63,807 nucleotides of DNA, filler included, from Folioceros fuciformis (GCA_049999805.1; 34 parts of 34 records of this genome joined end to end with filler, not necessarily neighbours in it); one strand, 5' to 3'. Counted from the whole stretch's first letter, positions 39,671 through 53,648 are shown. Numbers and translations: made by a program. Notes: generated by a model not told the origin, from the sequence alone.

Positions 39671-40973
39671 NNNNNNNNNNCTCGCCTCAACCTCCTCTTG
39701 TGCACACATTCAGTCCCATCACCGGCGGTCCCTCCTCCTACCTGCAATGTGAATCAAAAGAAGCAGGACAAAAAGATGGACAGGGAAGGGGAAGAAGAAG
39801 AGGGGCAAGAGGAAAATGAAGGAGGAAGGGAGAAAGGGGAAGGGGGATGGGGGCGGTCGCAACCCCTGCCTCTAGCCCTAGCTAGGGCACGGCCTCCATG
39901 ACCGTTCAGGCCAGCCAAGCAATCAGCCAGCCTGACCCCTGACACTGACATACCCCACATTCTTGTTCCTATGTTTAGACCATTATTTTATTTATTTAAT
40001 ATTATTCTAATTAGTATTAATCATTTAATATTATATATCTTTAATTAATATTAAACTAATCACTAGACCTAGACTCAAACTTTCCCAACCCTATGGCCCG
40101 GTACCGGACCTAAACTTTCCCAGGTCTGTAACCAGGCCAAAAATGTGGAGGCAAAACCCCGGGCACTGATTGCCGACGGATTCCACCTTTAGTGGCCACA
40201 CTTATCCCACTGTCGTTGAGACATTGGGTTTCGTTCCCACGAAGGAGCGATGGGGTTCCTTGCTGCTGTGGATGGAGGNNNNNNNNNNNNNNNNNNNNNN
40301 NNNNNNNNNNNNNNNNNNNNNNTTAATTAATTAANNNNNNNNNNNNNNNNNNNNNNNNNNNNNNNNNNNNNNNNNNNNAAACACATTTTCACTGTACTGG
40401 AACTGGGGCAGGAGCAGGAGCAGGAACAGGAAGAGGGTGTTATAAGCGGGTAACCGAGGAGGCGTGACGTGAGCCTGCGAGGGGTGCGGCGGCCCCGGTC
40501 CCATTGGACCGCCACGCCGGGCTGCCGGGTAAGGCTAGCGGACGCGATCCGACCTGTCCCATATCAAGGCAACACTCGAAATTGATTGCGCCTGCAGCCT
40601 GGTGTGCGGCCATTGGCCATGTGGCGCCATGGCCATCGGGCTTCACACCCGGAGACGAGCTCAGAGCTCACAGCTCACAGCTCACAGCTGAAAGGCGCGC
40701 GCAGGTCGAGGCCAACTGGTCTGCTCGCAACATGTCCAGGCCCTGCCTCTGTCACTGACTCTGGCCCCCGCCCTGCATTTGGGGGCCGCCACACCATCCT
40801 CCTTCTCCTCCTCCTCCTCCTCCTCCTCCTGCTACAGGGGCCACGGCCCCCCATCGCCCCTCCTCATTTGTTGTGGGTGTGTGTAACACTGTGTCAATGT
40901 CGTCCTCATCTTGTTCCTAATCAAAAGCCCACACCAGCCAGCCAGCATGCAGGCCTTTCACGCACCAGCCTGC

Positions 40974-41018
40974 CCTTGCCTTGCCTTGCCTTGCCTTGCC
41001 TTGCCTTGCCTTGCCTTG
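40974..41018. repeat. (CCTTG)9 microsatellite; nearby (CTC)n, (GCTCACA)n and (CAGG/CAGC)n tracts; duplicate at offset +876
   Basis: Directly visible. Confidence 0.9.
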
Positions 41019-42263
41019 ATTGGATTTGCTTTGCTTTTGCGCTTTTTGCTTTGGCTACACCACACCCGATGAAAGCTATAGCTAGGTTGCAAGCAAGGCA
41101 GGCAAGCAGGCAGTGAGGCAGGCAGGCAGGCAGCCAGCCAGCCAGCCAGCCAGCCCGGCCGCCTCCCCCAGCCTGCATCTGCAGCCTGCAGTATGCTTCC
41201 ACCTCAGCCCCAAGTCAATCCCCATCCGTGTCTTCTCTTCCCCANNNNNNNNNNAAACACATTTTCACTGTACTGGAACTGGGGCAGGAGCAGGAGCAGG
41301 AACAGGAAGAGGGTGTTATAAGCGGGTAACCGAGGAGGCGTGACGTGAGCCTGCGAGGGGTGCGGCGGCCCCGGTCCCATTGGACCGCCACGCCGGGCTG
41401 CCGGGTAAGGCTAGCGGACGCGATCCGACCTGTCCCATATCAAGGCAACACTCGAAATTGATTGCGCCTGCAGCCTGGTGTGCGGCCATTGGCCATGTGG
41501 CGCCATGGCCATCGGGCTTCACACCCGGAGACGAGCTCAGAGCTCACAGCTCACAGCTCACAGCTGAAAGGCGCGCGCAGGTCGAGGCCAACTGGTCTGC
41601 TCGCAACATGTCCAGGCCCTGCCTCTGTCACTGACTCTGGCCCCCGCCCTGCATTTGGGGGCCGCCACACCATCCTCCTTCTCCTCCTCCTCCTCCTCCT
41701 CCTCCTGCTACAGGGGCCACGGCCCCCCATCGCCCCTCCTCATTTGTTGTGGGTGTGTGTAACACTGTGTCAATGTCGTCCTCATCTTGTTCCTAATCAA
41801 AAGCCCACACCAGCCAGCCAGCATGCAGGCCTTTCACGCACCAGCCTGCCCTTGCCTTGCCTTGCCTTGCCTTGCCTTGCCTTGCCTTGCCTTGATTGGA
41901 TTTGCTTTGCTTTTGCGCTTTTTGCTTTGGCTACACCACACCCGATGAAAGCTATAGCTAGGTTGCAAGCAAGGCAGGCAAGCAGGCAGTGAGGCAGGCA
42001 GGCAGGCAGCCAGCCAGCCAGCCAGCCAGCCCGGCCGCCTCCCCCAGCCTGCATCTGCAGCCTGCAGTATGCTTCCACCTCAGCCCCAAGTCAATCCCCA
42101 TCCGTGTCTTCTCTTCCCCANNNNNNNNNNNNNNNNNNNNNNNNNNNNNNNNNNNNNNNNNNNNTTAATTAATTAANNNNNNNNNNNNNNNNNNNNNNNN
42201 NNNNNNNNNNNNNNNNNNNNCCAAGCCGTTCTGCCTCCCCTCCCAGTCTCGCTCTTGGCGCCG

Positions 42264-42320
42264 GGTCAGGTCAGGTCAGGTCAGGCCAGGCCAGGTCAGG
42301 CCAGGCCAGGTCAGGCCAGG
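42264..42320. repeat. (GGTCA/GGCCA)n pentamer tract; duplicate at offset +737
   Basis: Directly visible. Confidence 0.88.
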
Positions 42321-43784
42321 AGGTTAGTTGGGCGGCATCGGAATTCGGGAAAGTATGGAAGCAGCAGGCAGGTGCTGTGGGAGTGTGGTGGGCCCCCACC
42401 TGGACCGAGCCCGCTACCTGCTCCCCCTTTGCTCCCCCTTTGCTCCTGCTCGGCGGCACAGGATTGTAGTGCATTGCATTTGCATCTGAGGAGGAGAGGA
42501 AGAGAGGAAGAGGAAGGGAGGAAAAAGGAGACGGAAAAGGACAAGGAAAAGGAAAAAAGAAAACAAAAAAAAAAAGATAAAAAAGAAAAGGAGAGAGAGG
42601 GACGGCACTGTTGATATGGGTGTAGGAGGCGGAGGTGGACGGGACGGGACGGGACGGGTTGAGGCTCGACGGGATCGGGCCCTATGGGCCCGGCGAGCAC
42701 GAGGGTCTGGGCCCGCCGGGTCGTGGGCCTGGACCGACGCGACGCGACCTGACTCCACCCGACCCGACCCGACCCGCCTTTCCCAAACTCTTTCATTGAT
42801 TGATTCATTTATTTGTTTATTTGTGTTGTTGTGTTGTTTTTGGGCTGTGGCTGCTGCTCCCGCATGGGCCATATCAAAGGCGCGCATGACAAGCGATCAT
42901 GCGGGCCCGCCTTCTCTCCCCTACCGCCATACCACTAGTACAGTACCNNNNNNNNNNCCAAGCCGTTCTGCCTCCCCTCCCAGTCTCGCTCTTGGCGCCG
43001 GGTCAGGTCAGGTCAGGTCAGGCCAGGCCAGGTCAGGCCAGGCCAGGTCAGGCCAGGAGGTTAGTTGGGCGGCATCGGAATTCGGGAAAGTATGGAAGCA
43101 GCAGGCAGGTGCTGTGGGAGTGTGGTGGGCCCCCACCTGGACCGAGCCCGCTACCTGCTCCCCCTTTGCTCCCCCTTTGCTCCTGCTCGGCGGCACAGGA
43201 TTGTAGTGCATTGCATTTGCATCTGAGGAGGAGAGGAAGAGAGGAAGAGGAAGGGAGGAAAAAGGAGACGGAAAAGGACAAGGAAAAGGAAAAAAGAAAA
43301 CAAAAAAAAAAAGATAAAAAAGAAAAGGAGAGAGAGGGACGGCACTGTTGATATGGGTGTAGGAGGCGGAGGTGGACGGGACGGGACGGGACGGGTTGAG
43401 GCTCGACGGGATCGGGCCCTATGGGCCCGGCGAGCACGAGGGTCTGGGCCCGCCGGGTCGTGGGCCTGGACCGACGCGACGCGACCTGACTCCACCCGAC
43501 CCGACCCGACCCGCCTTTCCCAAACTCTTTCATTGATTGATTCATTTATTTGTTTATTTGTGTTGTTGTGTTGTTTTTGGGCTGTGGCTGCTGCTCCCGC
43601 ATGGGCCATATCAAAGGCGCGCATGACAAGCGATCATGCGGGCCCGCCTTCTCTCCCCTACCGCCATACCACTAGTACAGTACCNNNNNNNNNNNNNNNN
43701 NNNNNNNNNNNNNNNNNNNNNNNNNNNNTTAATTAATTAANNNNNNNNNNNNNNNNNNNNNNNNNNNNNNNNNNNNNNNNNNNN

Positions 43785-44385
43785 TTTGGGATGGAGAGGA
43801 CTTCCTAATATTGATAGTTTACGTTGATGACAACTTCTTTTTTAGTACATGTTTGGTTTTGATGGCTAGGATTAAAAGTGTCTTGTTGTCTCGTTTTGAC
43901 ATAACAGATTTATGTGAGTTAGGTTTTTCCTTAGGAGTTTAGTTTCAGTTCTCTTCTTATAGGCACACTGTGGTGATTCAACAAGAACACTTTGTTCACT
44001 AGATGTTACAGCGTTTCAATATGTCAGATGCACGTCCAGTTTTGACTCCAATTTCCACTAGTGAAAAGCTGTCAAAGGAGCAATGCCCGACAACATAAGA
44101 GGAGAAGGACTTGATGTCCGCACGCCCTTATAGGCAAGCAATGAGCAGTCTCATTTATTTGGCAGCATGGACGCGTTTGGACATTTCCAAGGCTGTTAGC
44201 AATGTTTCACAGTTTCTGGAAAACCCTAGTGAAGCTCACTGGATAGCTGTGAAATGGATTTTTAGTTATTTGAAGGGCACGCCGAGGCTTGGACTCAAGT
44301 ATACCAAGCAAGCTGTAGGCTTGGTTCTCACATCCTATTGCGATGCAGATTGGGCAAGGGACCTAGACTCTACAAGGAGCATACC
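43785..44385 (+). pseudogene. Copia reverse transcriptase C-terminal half and RNase H start; duplicate at 44396-44996
   Basis: LIVYVDDNF...FDITDL.ELGFSLGV*...PYRQAMSSLIYLA.WTRLDI...HWIAVKWIFSYLKGT...YCDADWARDLDSTRS, with in-frame stops. Confidence 0.92.
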
Positions 44386-46704
44386 NNNNNNNNNNTTTGG
44401 GATGGAGAGGACTTCCTAATATTGATAGTTTACGTTGATGACAACTTCTTTTTTAGTACATGTTTGGTTTTGATGGCTAGGATTAAAAGTGTCTTGTTGT
44501 CTCGTTTTGACATAACAGATTTATGTGAGTTAGGTTTTTCCTTAGGAGTTTAGTTTCAGTTCTCTTCTTATAGGCACACTGTGGTGATTCAACAAGAACA
44601 CTTTGTTCACTAGATGTTACAGCGTTTCAATATGTCAGATGCACGTCCAGTTTTGACTCCAATTTCCACTAGTGAAAAGCTGTCAAAGGAGCAATGCCCG
44701 ACAACATAAGAGGAGAAGGACTTGATGTCCGCACGCCCTTATAGGCAAGCAATGAGCAGTCTCATTTATTTGGCAGCATGGACGCGTTTGGACATTTCCA
44801 AGGCTGTTAGCAATGTTTCACAGTTTCTGGAAAACCCTAGTGAAGCTCACTGGATAGCTGTGAAATGGATTTTTAGTTATTTGAAGGGCACGCCGAGGCT
44901 TGGACTCAAGTATACCAAGCAAGCTGTAGGCTTGGTTCTCACATCCTATTGCGATGCAGATTGGGCAAGGGACCTAGACTCTACAAGGAGCATACCNNNN
45001 NNNNNNNNNNNNNNNNNNNNNNNNNNNNNNNNNNNNNNNNTTAATTAATTAANNNNNNNNNNNNNNNNNNNNNNNNNNNNNNNNNNNNNNNNNNNNCTGC
45101 TTTTCCTTTTGGTGCAAACGCGAGGTGAGAGCTGTGCCTTTCGGGGGCTGCGGATTGTATGGCCACTGGGCGTCGGGTTACCTACTTCGGTCATGGTCAC
45201 GTGTGAAAGGGGGAAAATACCTTTGCGAGGTACTGTCGCGCCCTGCTTGCGGGGTTTCACGGTGCCGATGAACGAGGGGACGATAAATCCGAGTAGGGTA
45301 GGCCGCCGAGTGGAGGACCAGACGCCTGATGGCCATGCTATGGCCGCAGTCTAATTCCCCGTTTTATTTGTGAACAATGGCAAACGATCAGCTGCTGCGT
45401 AACCGAGTGGTAAACACCTTTTGGGGAGCGGGTCGCCGACCCCACTGTCCCGCCTGTCAATGCAAAGAGTAGTCCGCCGCCGCGAGGTGGCGGACGCGGT
45501 GGGTTGGTCTTGTGCCGATACGCGAGCAATCGCGCAGCGAGTGTCCCTAGAGCCAGTAATTCAAGCGCGGGAGGCGACGCCCGCCCCAAGGCCACTCCGC
45601 CTCTCCGAGGCGTTGCGCCGCGGGGCGATGCGTCAAGCTCCGCCAGGTCGACCCCACCGCGTTCGCCAGCACCTCCCGCACCGGGAGGCGCGACGCGACC
45701 GTGGTGATGATGCGGTCGAGGGGTTACATTCAGGTCGGAACGCGAGGGAATGTGGCGGGATCCCGCCTTTGCCGTCACTGGCCGAGGTTTTGTGGGGTCC
45801 CGTCCGTGTCCATTATATTATTCGGAAAAGCAATCTCGTCCCCTCNNNNNNNNNNCTGCTTTTCCTTTTGGTGCAAACGCGAGGTGAGAGCTGTGCCTTT
45901 CGGGGGCTGCGGATTGTATGGCCACTGGGCGTCGGGTTACCTACTTCGGTCATGGTCACGTGTGAAAGGGGGAAAATACCTTTGCGAGGTACTGTCGCGC
46001 CCTGCTTGCGGGGTTTCACGGTGCCGATGAACGAGGGGACGATAAATCCGAGTAGGGTAGGCCGCCGAGTGGAGGACCAGACGCCTGATGGCCATGCTAT
46101 GGCCGCAGTCTAATTCCCCGTTTTATTTGTGAACAATGGCAAACGATCAGCTGCTGCGTAACCGAGTGGTAAACACCTTTTGGGGAGCGGGTCGCCGACC
46201 CCACTGTCCCGCCTGTCAATGCAAAGAGTAGTCCGCCGCCGCGAGGTGGCGGACGCGGTGGGTTGGTCTTGTGCCGATACGCGAGCAATCGCGCAGCGAG
46301 TGTCCCTAGAGCCAGTAATTCAAGCGCGGGAGGCGACGCCCGCCCCAAGGCCACTCCGCCTCTCCGAGGCGTTGCGCCGCGGGGCGATGCGTCAAGCTCC
46401 GCCAGGTCGACCCCACCGCGTTCGCCAGCACCTCCCGCACCGGGAGGCGCGACGCGACCGTGGTGATGATGCGGTCGAGGGGTTACATTCAGGTCGGAAC
46501 GCGAGGGAATGTGGCGGGATCCCGCCTTTGCCGTCACTGGCCGAGGTTTTGTGGGGTCCCGTCCGTGTCCATTATATTATTCGGAAAAGCAATCTCGTCC
46601 CCTCNNNNNNNNNNNNNNNNNNNNNNNNNNNNNNNNNNNNNNNNNNNNTTAATTAATTAANNNNNNNNNNNNNNNNNNNNNNNNNNNNNNNNNNNNNNNN
46701 NNNN

Positions 46705-46812
<108 letters not shown>

Positions 46813-47277
46813 CTATGAAGGAATTCTTGAATTATTGTTCACTAATAAATAATAGTGGAATCACTGGCGCAGAGTCAAAAATTCTGACCTAACGTCGTTG
46901 ATGAAACAATCCAATAAATTCAACTCTAACTTATAAGGGGTCTTATAAGATTTCTAGTATAATCAGAAAAGATTAAGCACAAGCAAAATATGCGGAGACC
47001 CCCTTGGAAGTATCAAAGAAATGCTACTAATATGTAGAAATACTAAAAATTATGTAGAAATACTAAAAATCTATTCTTTCTCTAAAAATCTATTCTTTCT
47101 TTTGTTGTCCTTCATTAAGTTAAGTAAAAAGTCTAAAAAAATAGAAGAAAGGTAGATCACTACCCAACCCATACCCTATTTCTTTCCCATTTTGTTTTGA
47201 TCTAATCCTTACCGTCCCTTATTGTCTCTATGAAACAATCGGAGGACGCCCTATTATGTTCTGTTCTNNNNNNNNNN

Positions 47278-47385
<108 letters not shown>

Positions 47386-47940
47386 CTATGAAGGAATTCT
47401 TGAATTATTGTTCACTAATAAATAATAGTGGAATCACTGGCGCAGAGTCAAAAATTCTGACCTAACGTCGTTGATGAAACAATCCAATAAATTCAACTCT
47501 AACTTATAAGGGGTCTTATAAGATTTCTAGTATAATCAGAAAAGATTAAGCACAAGCAAAATATGCGGAGACCCCCTTGGAAGTATCAAAGAAATGCTAC
47601 TAATATGTAGAAATACTAAAAATTATGTAGAAATACTAAAAATCTATTCTTTCTCTAAAAATCTATTCTTTCTTTTGTTGTCCTTCATTAAGTTAAGTAA
47701 AAAGTCTAAAAAAATAGAAGAAAGGTAGATCACTACCCAACCCATACCCTATTTCTTTCCCATTTTGTTTTGATCTAATCCTTACCGTCCCTTATTGTCT
47801 CTATGAAACAATCGGAGGACGCCCTATTATGTTCTGTTCTNNNNNNNNNNNNNNNNNNNNNNNNNNNNNNNNNNNNNNNNNNNNTTAATTAATTAANNNN
47901 NNNNNNNNNNNNNNNNNNNNNNNNNNNNNNNNNNNNNNNN

Positions 47941-49017
47941 CTACTAAGAAATATATTACTACTCTATATAATATTTAATTCTCTATAACTACTACTTAAC
48001 TAGAAATTTATATTAGAAAAACTAAATATATATAGAACTAATATCTATATTATACTTAGTTAGTAGTACTACTAGAGAATCTAAAAACTAAACTCTTTAA
48101 GTCTATTTTATCTAGAAAGTTTAAGTAAAAAAAATATAGTAAATATATCTTTATAATAAAGAATACTAATTTTTACTTAGCTTTTAATACTATTTAGTAT
48201 ATTCTATATTAGAATATTAAGCTCTACTATTCTAATACGTAATATCTATTATATATTAAAGTAGATATATTAAAAGAATATAGATATAGAGTTTTTATAT
48301 ACTATATTTAAAGTAATCTTAAATTTAAACTATAAAATATTAAACTACTACTAGAATTTAAAAATAACTCTAATAAGCTAATAATATAGCTTAAAAAGAT
48401 TAAAGACTTCTTAAATAAAACTATTAAACTAATATTATTTCTATTAAAGTAGCTTTTATTAGTAGAATAAAATTATTTTACTATAGAATTAGAAATATCT
48501 ATAGTAGTATAGGCTACTTAGAAACTTAAGTATACTATTATAGTAGTACTTAAGTACTATATTTTTATAGACTACTTAACTATAATAATAATTATAAACT
48601 AGAAGCTACTTATATTAAGCTTTATAAATAGAAAAAATATCTAGCTTATTTACTATATCTAATATCTATACTAGTTTATAAAAAAAAAAAAAAACTATAA
48701 ACTAGAGAAAATATACTTTATATCTAATACTCTTAGTTACTTAAGTAGAATTCTAATAGCTATAGATTATATAATAGATATTCTAAATAATATTAAATAT
48801 ATATACTATATAATTACTAGTCTATAAAAAGTACTAAAGAAAATATATATTCTATATATACTAGGTCTATTACTTAAATACTACTATAAATATAATTAAA
48901 ATACTATAAACTTTATATTTATTACTAAATATACTATATTAAATACCTATTATATATTTAATATAGTACTAGTTAATATAGTAGATAACTTCTATAAAGC
49001 TATTAAAAAAGTATACT
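47941..49017 (+). mobile_element. RIP-mutated fungal Ty3/gypsy pol fragment (RNase H region); duplicate at 49028-50104
   Basis: Transition reversion gives LYIKVDASKE.GYGVF.YHI (about 48249), IKPILFLSKQLSPAEQNYFTTELE.SAVVWA..KLKH...FTDHS (about 48423-48580) and HKPGK.H.VPDALSRL (about 48696). Confidence 0.8.
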
Positions 49018-51480
49018 NNNNNNNNNNCTACTAAGAAATATATTACTACTCTATATAATATTTAATTCTCTATAACTACTACTTAACTAGAAATTTATAT
49101 TAGAAAAACTAAATATATATAGAACTAATATCTATATTATACTTAGTTAGTAGTACTACTAGAGAATCTAAAAACTAAACTCTTTAAGTCTATTTTATCT
49201 AGAAAGTTTAAGTAAAAAAAATATAGTAAATATATCTTTATAATAAAGAATACTAATTTTTACTTAGCTTTTAATACTATTTAGTATATTCTATATTAGA
49301 ATATTAAGCTCTACTATTCTAATACGTAATATCTATTATATATTAAAGTAGATATATTAAAAGAATATAGATATAGAGTTTTTATATACTATATTTAAAG
49401 TAATCTTAAATTTAAACTATAAAATATTAAACTACTACTAGAATTTAAAAATAACTCTAATAAGCTAATAATATAGCTTAAAAAGATTAAAGACTTCTTA
49501 AATAAAACTATTAAACTAATATTATTTCTATTAAAGTAGCTTTTATTAGTAGAATAAAATTATTTTACTATAGAATTAGAAATATCTATAGTAGTATAGG
49601 CTACTTAGAAACTTAAGTATACTATTATAGTAGTACTTAAGTACTATATTTTTATAGACTACTTAACTATAATAATAATTATAAACTAGAAGCTACTTAT
49701 ATTAAGCTTTATAAATAGAAAAAATATCTAGCTTATTTACTATATCTAATATCTATACTAGTTTATAAAAAAAAAAAAAAACTATAAACTAGAGAAAATA
49801 TACTTTATATCTAATACTCTTAGTTACTTAAGTAGAATTCTAATAGCTATAGATTATATAATAGATATTCTAAATAATATTAAATATATATACTATATAA
49901 TTACTAGTCTATAAAAAGTACTAAAGAAAATATATATTCTATATATACTAGGTCTATTACTTAAATACTACTATAAATATAATTAAAATACTATAAACTT
50001 TATATTTATTACTAAATATACTATATTAAATACCTATTATATATTTAATATAGTACTAGTTAATATAGTAGATAACTTCTATAAAGCTATTAAAAAAGTA
50101 TACTNNNNNNNNNNNNNNNNNNNNNNNNNNNNNNNNNNNNNNNNNNNNTTAATTAATTAANNNNNNNNNNNNNNNNNNNNNNNNNNNNNNNNNNNNNNNN
50201 NNNNTTCACAAGCATGCTTAGATGAAGCTTTTTGATGTTGGGAGTTTTGTGAAATAATGAGTTTTTGGCCGGCGGCGGTGCACCACCGTCTGTGGTGGCG
50301 TTCCGGCGGTGTTCCGGCCACTTAAGGAACTGTTTTTGGTATTATATATGTTCTACTCGTTGATACGAGCGTTTCGATATATAATATGCAAATTTTGGAG
50401 TTCGTATGGAATTGTTATGATTTTTGCAGTTTCATACCGATCGATTTATTCGATCCGTGAGGATTCGAGCGTCCGATCGACTTGTGGTTTGGTCACATCG
50501 ATCGTGGACGTATTCCGGGGACTTTGGGAGGTCTCGGATGTGGTTTCGCCTCATTTGGCGTCACCTTGGGAATTTTGGTTCGATTTAGGGTTTCGAACGT
50601 TATCCCTTGTGATTCGTTGACTGAATGAGAGCTGTAATTCCTTAGGTACGTGACGTAGTACTCCTTGGACGGCTATTTTGTGGATTGGCTGCCTTGTCCT
50701 GAATTGAAGACGCAGCGGGAGTTTCGAGGTGAGTAATCTCACNNNNNNNNNNNNNNNNNNNNNNNNNNNNNNNNNNNNNNNNNNNNNNNNNNNNNNNNNN
50801 NNNNNNNNNNNNNNNNNNNNNNNNNNNNNNNNNNNNNNNNNNTTCACAAGCATGCTTAGATGAAGCTTTTTGATGTTGGGAGTTTTGTGAAATAATGAGT
50901 TTTTGGCCGGCGGCGGTGCACCACCGTCTGTGGTGGCGTTCCGGCGGTGTTCCGGCCACTTAAGGAACTGTTTTTGGTATTATATATGTTCTACTCGTTG
51001 ATACGAGCGTTTCGATATATAATATGCAAATTTTGGAGTTCGTATGGAATTGTTATGATTTTTGCAGTTTCATACCGATCGATTTATTCGATCCGTGAGG
51101 ATTCGAGCGTCCGATCGACTTGTGGTTTGGTCACATCGATCGTGGACGTATTCCGGGGACTTTGGGAGGTCTCGGATGTGGTTTCGCCTCATTTGGCGTC
51201 ACCTTGGGAATTTTGGTTCGATTTAGGGTTTCGAACGTTATCCCTTGTGATTCGTTGACTGAATGAGAGCTGTAATTCCTTAGGTACGTGACGTAGTACT
51301 CCTTGGACGGCTATTTTGTGGATTGGCTGCCTTGTCCTGAATTGAAGACGCAGCGGGAGTTTCGAGGTGAGTAATCTCACNNNNNNNNNNNNNNNNNNNN
51401 NNNNNNNNNNNNNNNNNNNNNNNNTTAATTAATTAANNNNNNNNNNNNNNNNNNNNNNNNNNNNNNNNNNNNNNNNNNNN

Positions 51481-52446
51481 ATCGCCCTGTCCTGCGCCGC
51501 TGGCGGCTTCCTCCTGGCCTTCGCACGTCACCCCTCGCTGCTCCTCCTCTCGCTCTTCTGCCCCTCTGTTGATCCGGCAGGTCCTCCCAGAGGATCTCCA
51601 CATCACTGCTGTTGCTGCTGGGCCTGGCCGGCGGTGCAGGTGGGTCCCGCAGCTGTGGTCCACCACCCCTCCTCCTTCTCTGGTTACTGAGGACAGCCAC
51701 AGGGCCCCGTTCTACCCAGCGCTGGGCCTCCTCTTCCGTCAGTTCCTCCAGAACTGCCTCCGCATAGCAGTGGGGCAGTCCTGTCACCCACCATCTGTAG
51801 TGGTAGAGTCCCAGGCGCGTCCTTAACTGCAGGACGTAGCCCCGCGTCCCTCCCGTGCCCATACGTACATACATAAACAGCTTCAGAACCCTGGCCCCTT
51901 CTACATACAGTCCTGGCACATAGGAGGCCTCCTCCTCATACTGCAGCACAATCCGAACTTCTGTCATCACAGAGGTGCTTACCCCGTCCTCCCTTGGGCT
52001 ACCTCGGGTTGCCTGCTCCCCCTCCTGCTGGGGTACTTGAAGGTTCTCTGCCTGCCCAGCTGTTGTCTCCTCCGGTTCTATTCTCCTGGTACGGGTCACC
52101 CTCCTGGAGCGCCTAGGGGCAGGCGCCCCTACTGCTTCCTCCTTATCCAAGGTTGGTTCTTCAGCTATCCTGGGCCTTGCTGGGCCACCGGTAGCCCCCT
52201 CGACTACCGTTCCCTTGGTTCGGCTATCGGTAGCCCCGCCGGCTACCGGGGTCGTCGTTTGACTCGGGCGCCCAGCCTTGCTCTTCCCCTTCACTCTCAC
52301 TCTGGCCTCATCCCACTCCCACTTGTATCTATCCACTAACTTCTGATTCTGCTCCACAGCGGCTATCTCCATCTCCTGTGCCTTGGCCATTTCCTGTTGC
52401 AACTCCAGGTTAGTCTCGTGAGCCTCCCTCACCTGAGCTAGCAGGG
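51481..52446 (-). CDS. Fragment of an unidentified protein (coiled coil, disordered linker, about 90-aa globular segment); duplicate at 52457-53422
   Basis: One minus frame is open for about 320 codons with protein-like composition; no family recognised. Confidence 0.45.
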
Positions 52447-53648
52447 NNNNNNNNNNATCGCCCTGTCCTGCGCCGCTGGCGGCTTCCTCCTGGCCTTCGC
52501 ACGTCACCCCTCGCTGCTCCTCCTCTCGCTCTTCTGCCCCTCTGTTGATCCGGCAGGTCCTCCCAGAGGATCTCCACATCACTGCTGTTGCTGCTGGGCC
52601 TGGCCGGCGGTGCAGGTGGGTCCCGCAGCTGTGGTCCACCACCCCTCCTCCTTCTCTGGTTACTGAGGACAGCCACAGGGCCCCGTTCTACCCAGCGCTG
52701 GGCCTCCTCTTCCGTCAGTTCCTCCAGAACTGCCTCCGCATAGCAGTGGGGCAGTCCTGTCACCCACCATCTGTAGTGGTAGAGTCCCAGGCGCGTCCTT
52801 AACTGCAGGACGTAGCCCCGCGTCCCTCCCGTGCCCATACGTACATACATAAACAGCTTCAGAACCCTGGCCCCTTCTACATACAGTCCTGGCACATAGG
52901 AGGCCTCCTCCTCATACTGCAGCACAATCCGAACTTCTGTCATCACAGAGGTGCTTACCCCGTCCTCCCTTGGGCTACCTCGGGTTGCCTGCTCCCCCTC
53001 CTGCTGGGGTACTTGAAGGTTCTCTGCCTGCCCAGCTGTTGTCTCCTCCGGTTCTATTCTCCTGGTACGGGTCACCCTCCTGGAGCGCCTAGGGGCAGGC
53101 GCCCCTACTGCTTCCTCCTTATCCAAGGTTGGTTCTTCAGCTATCCTGGGCCTTGCTGGGCCACCGGTAGCCCCCTCGACTACCGTTCCCTTGGTTCGGC
53201 TATCGGTAGCCCCGCCGGCTACCGGGGTCGTCGTTTGACTCGGGCGCCCAGCCTTGCTCTTCCCCTTCACTCTCACTCTGGCCTCATCCCACTCCCACTT
53301 GTATCTATCCACTAACTTCTGATTCTGCTCCACAGCGGCTATCTCCATCTCCTGTGCCTTGGCCATTTCCTGTTGCAACTCCAGGTTAGTCTCGTGAGCC
53401 TCCCTCACCTGAGCTAGCAGGGNNNNNNNNNNNNNNNNNNNNNNNNNNNNNNNNNNNNNNNNNNNNTTAATTAATTAANNNNNNNNNNNNNNNNNNNNNN
53501 NNNNNNNNNNNNNNNNNNNNNNCCCTTCAAAGACCCGTCTCGCCTCACCATTAATCTAGCTACTAATCTAACCTAATCTTCTAACCATTTCACCACAGGA
53601 TTCACTCAGAGATTCCCAAAAAGGGAAATCCTACCATTTTCCAAGGAC

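Noticed and set aside
45464..45500. Group I intron S element/P9 or SRP motif in the structured fragment
   Set aside because: No matching R element (GACTA) for P7, and the SRP helix-8 match elsewhere in the fragment is incomplete.
51425..52642. 405-aa ORF and other ORFs containing X runs or ending in LIN
   Set aside because: They are chimeras reading across N gaps and the linker.
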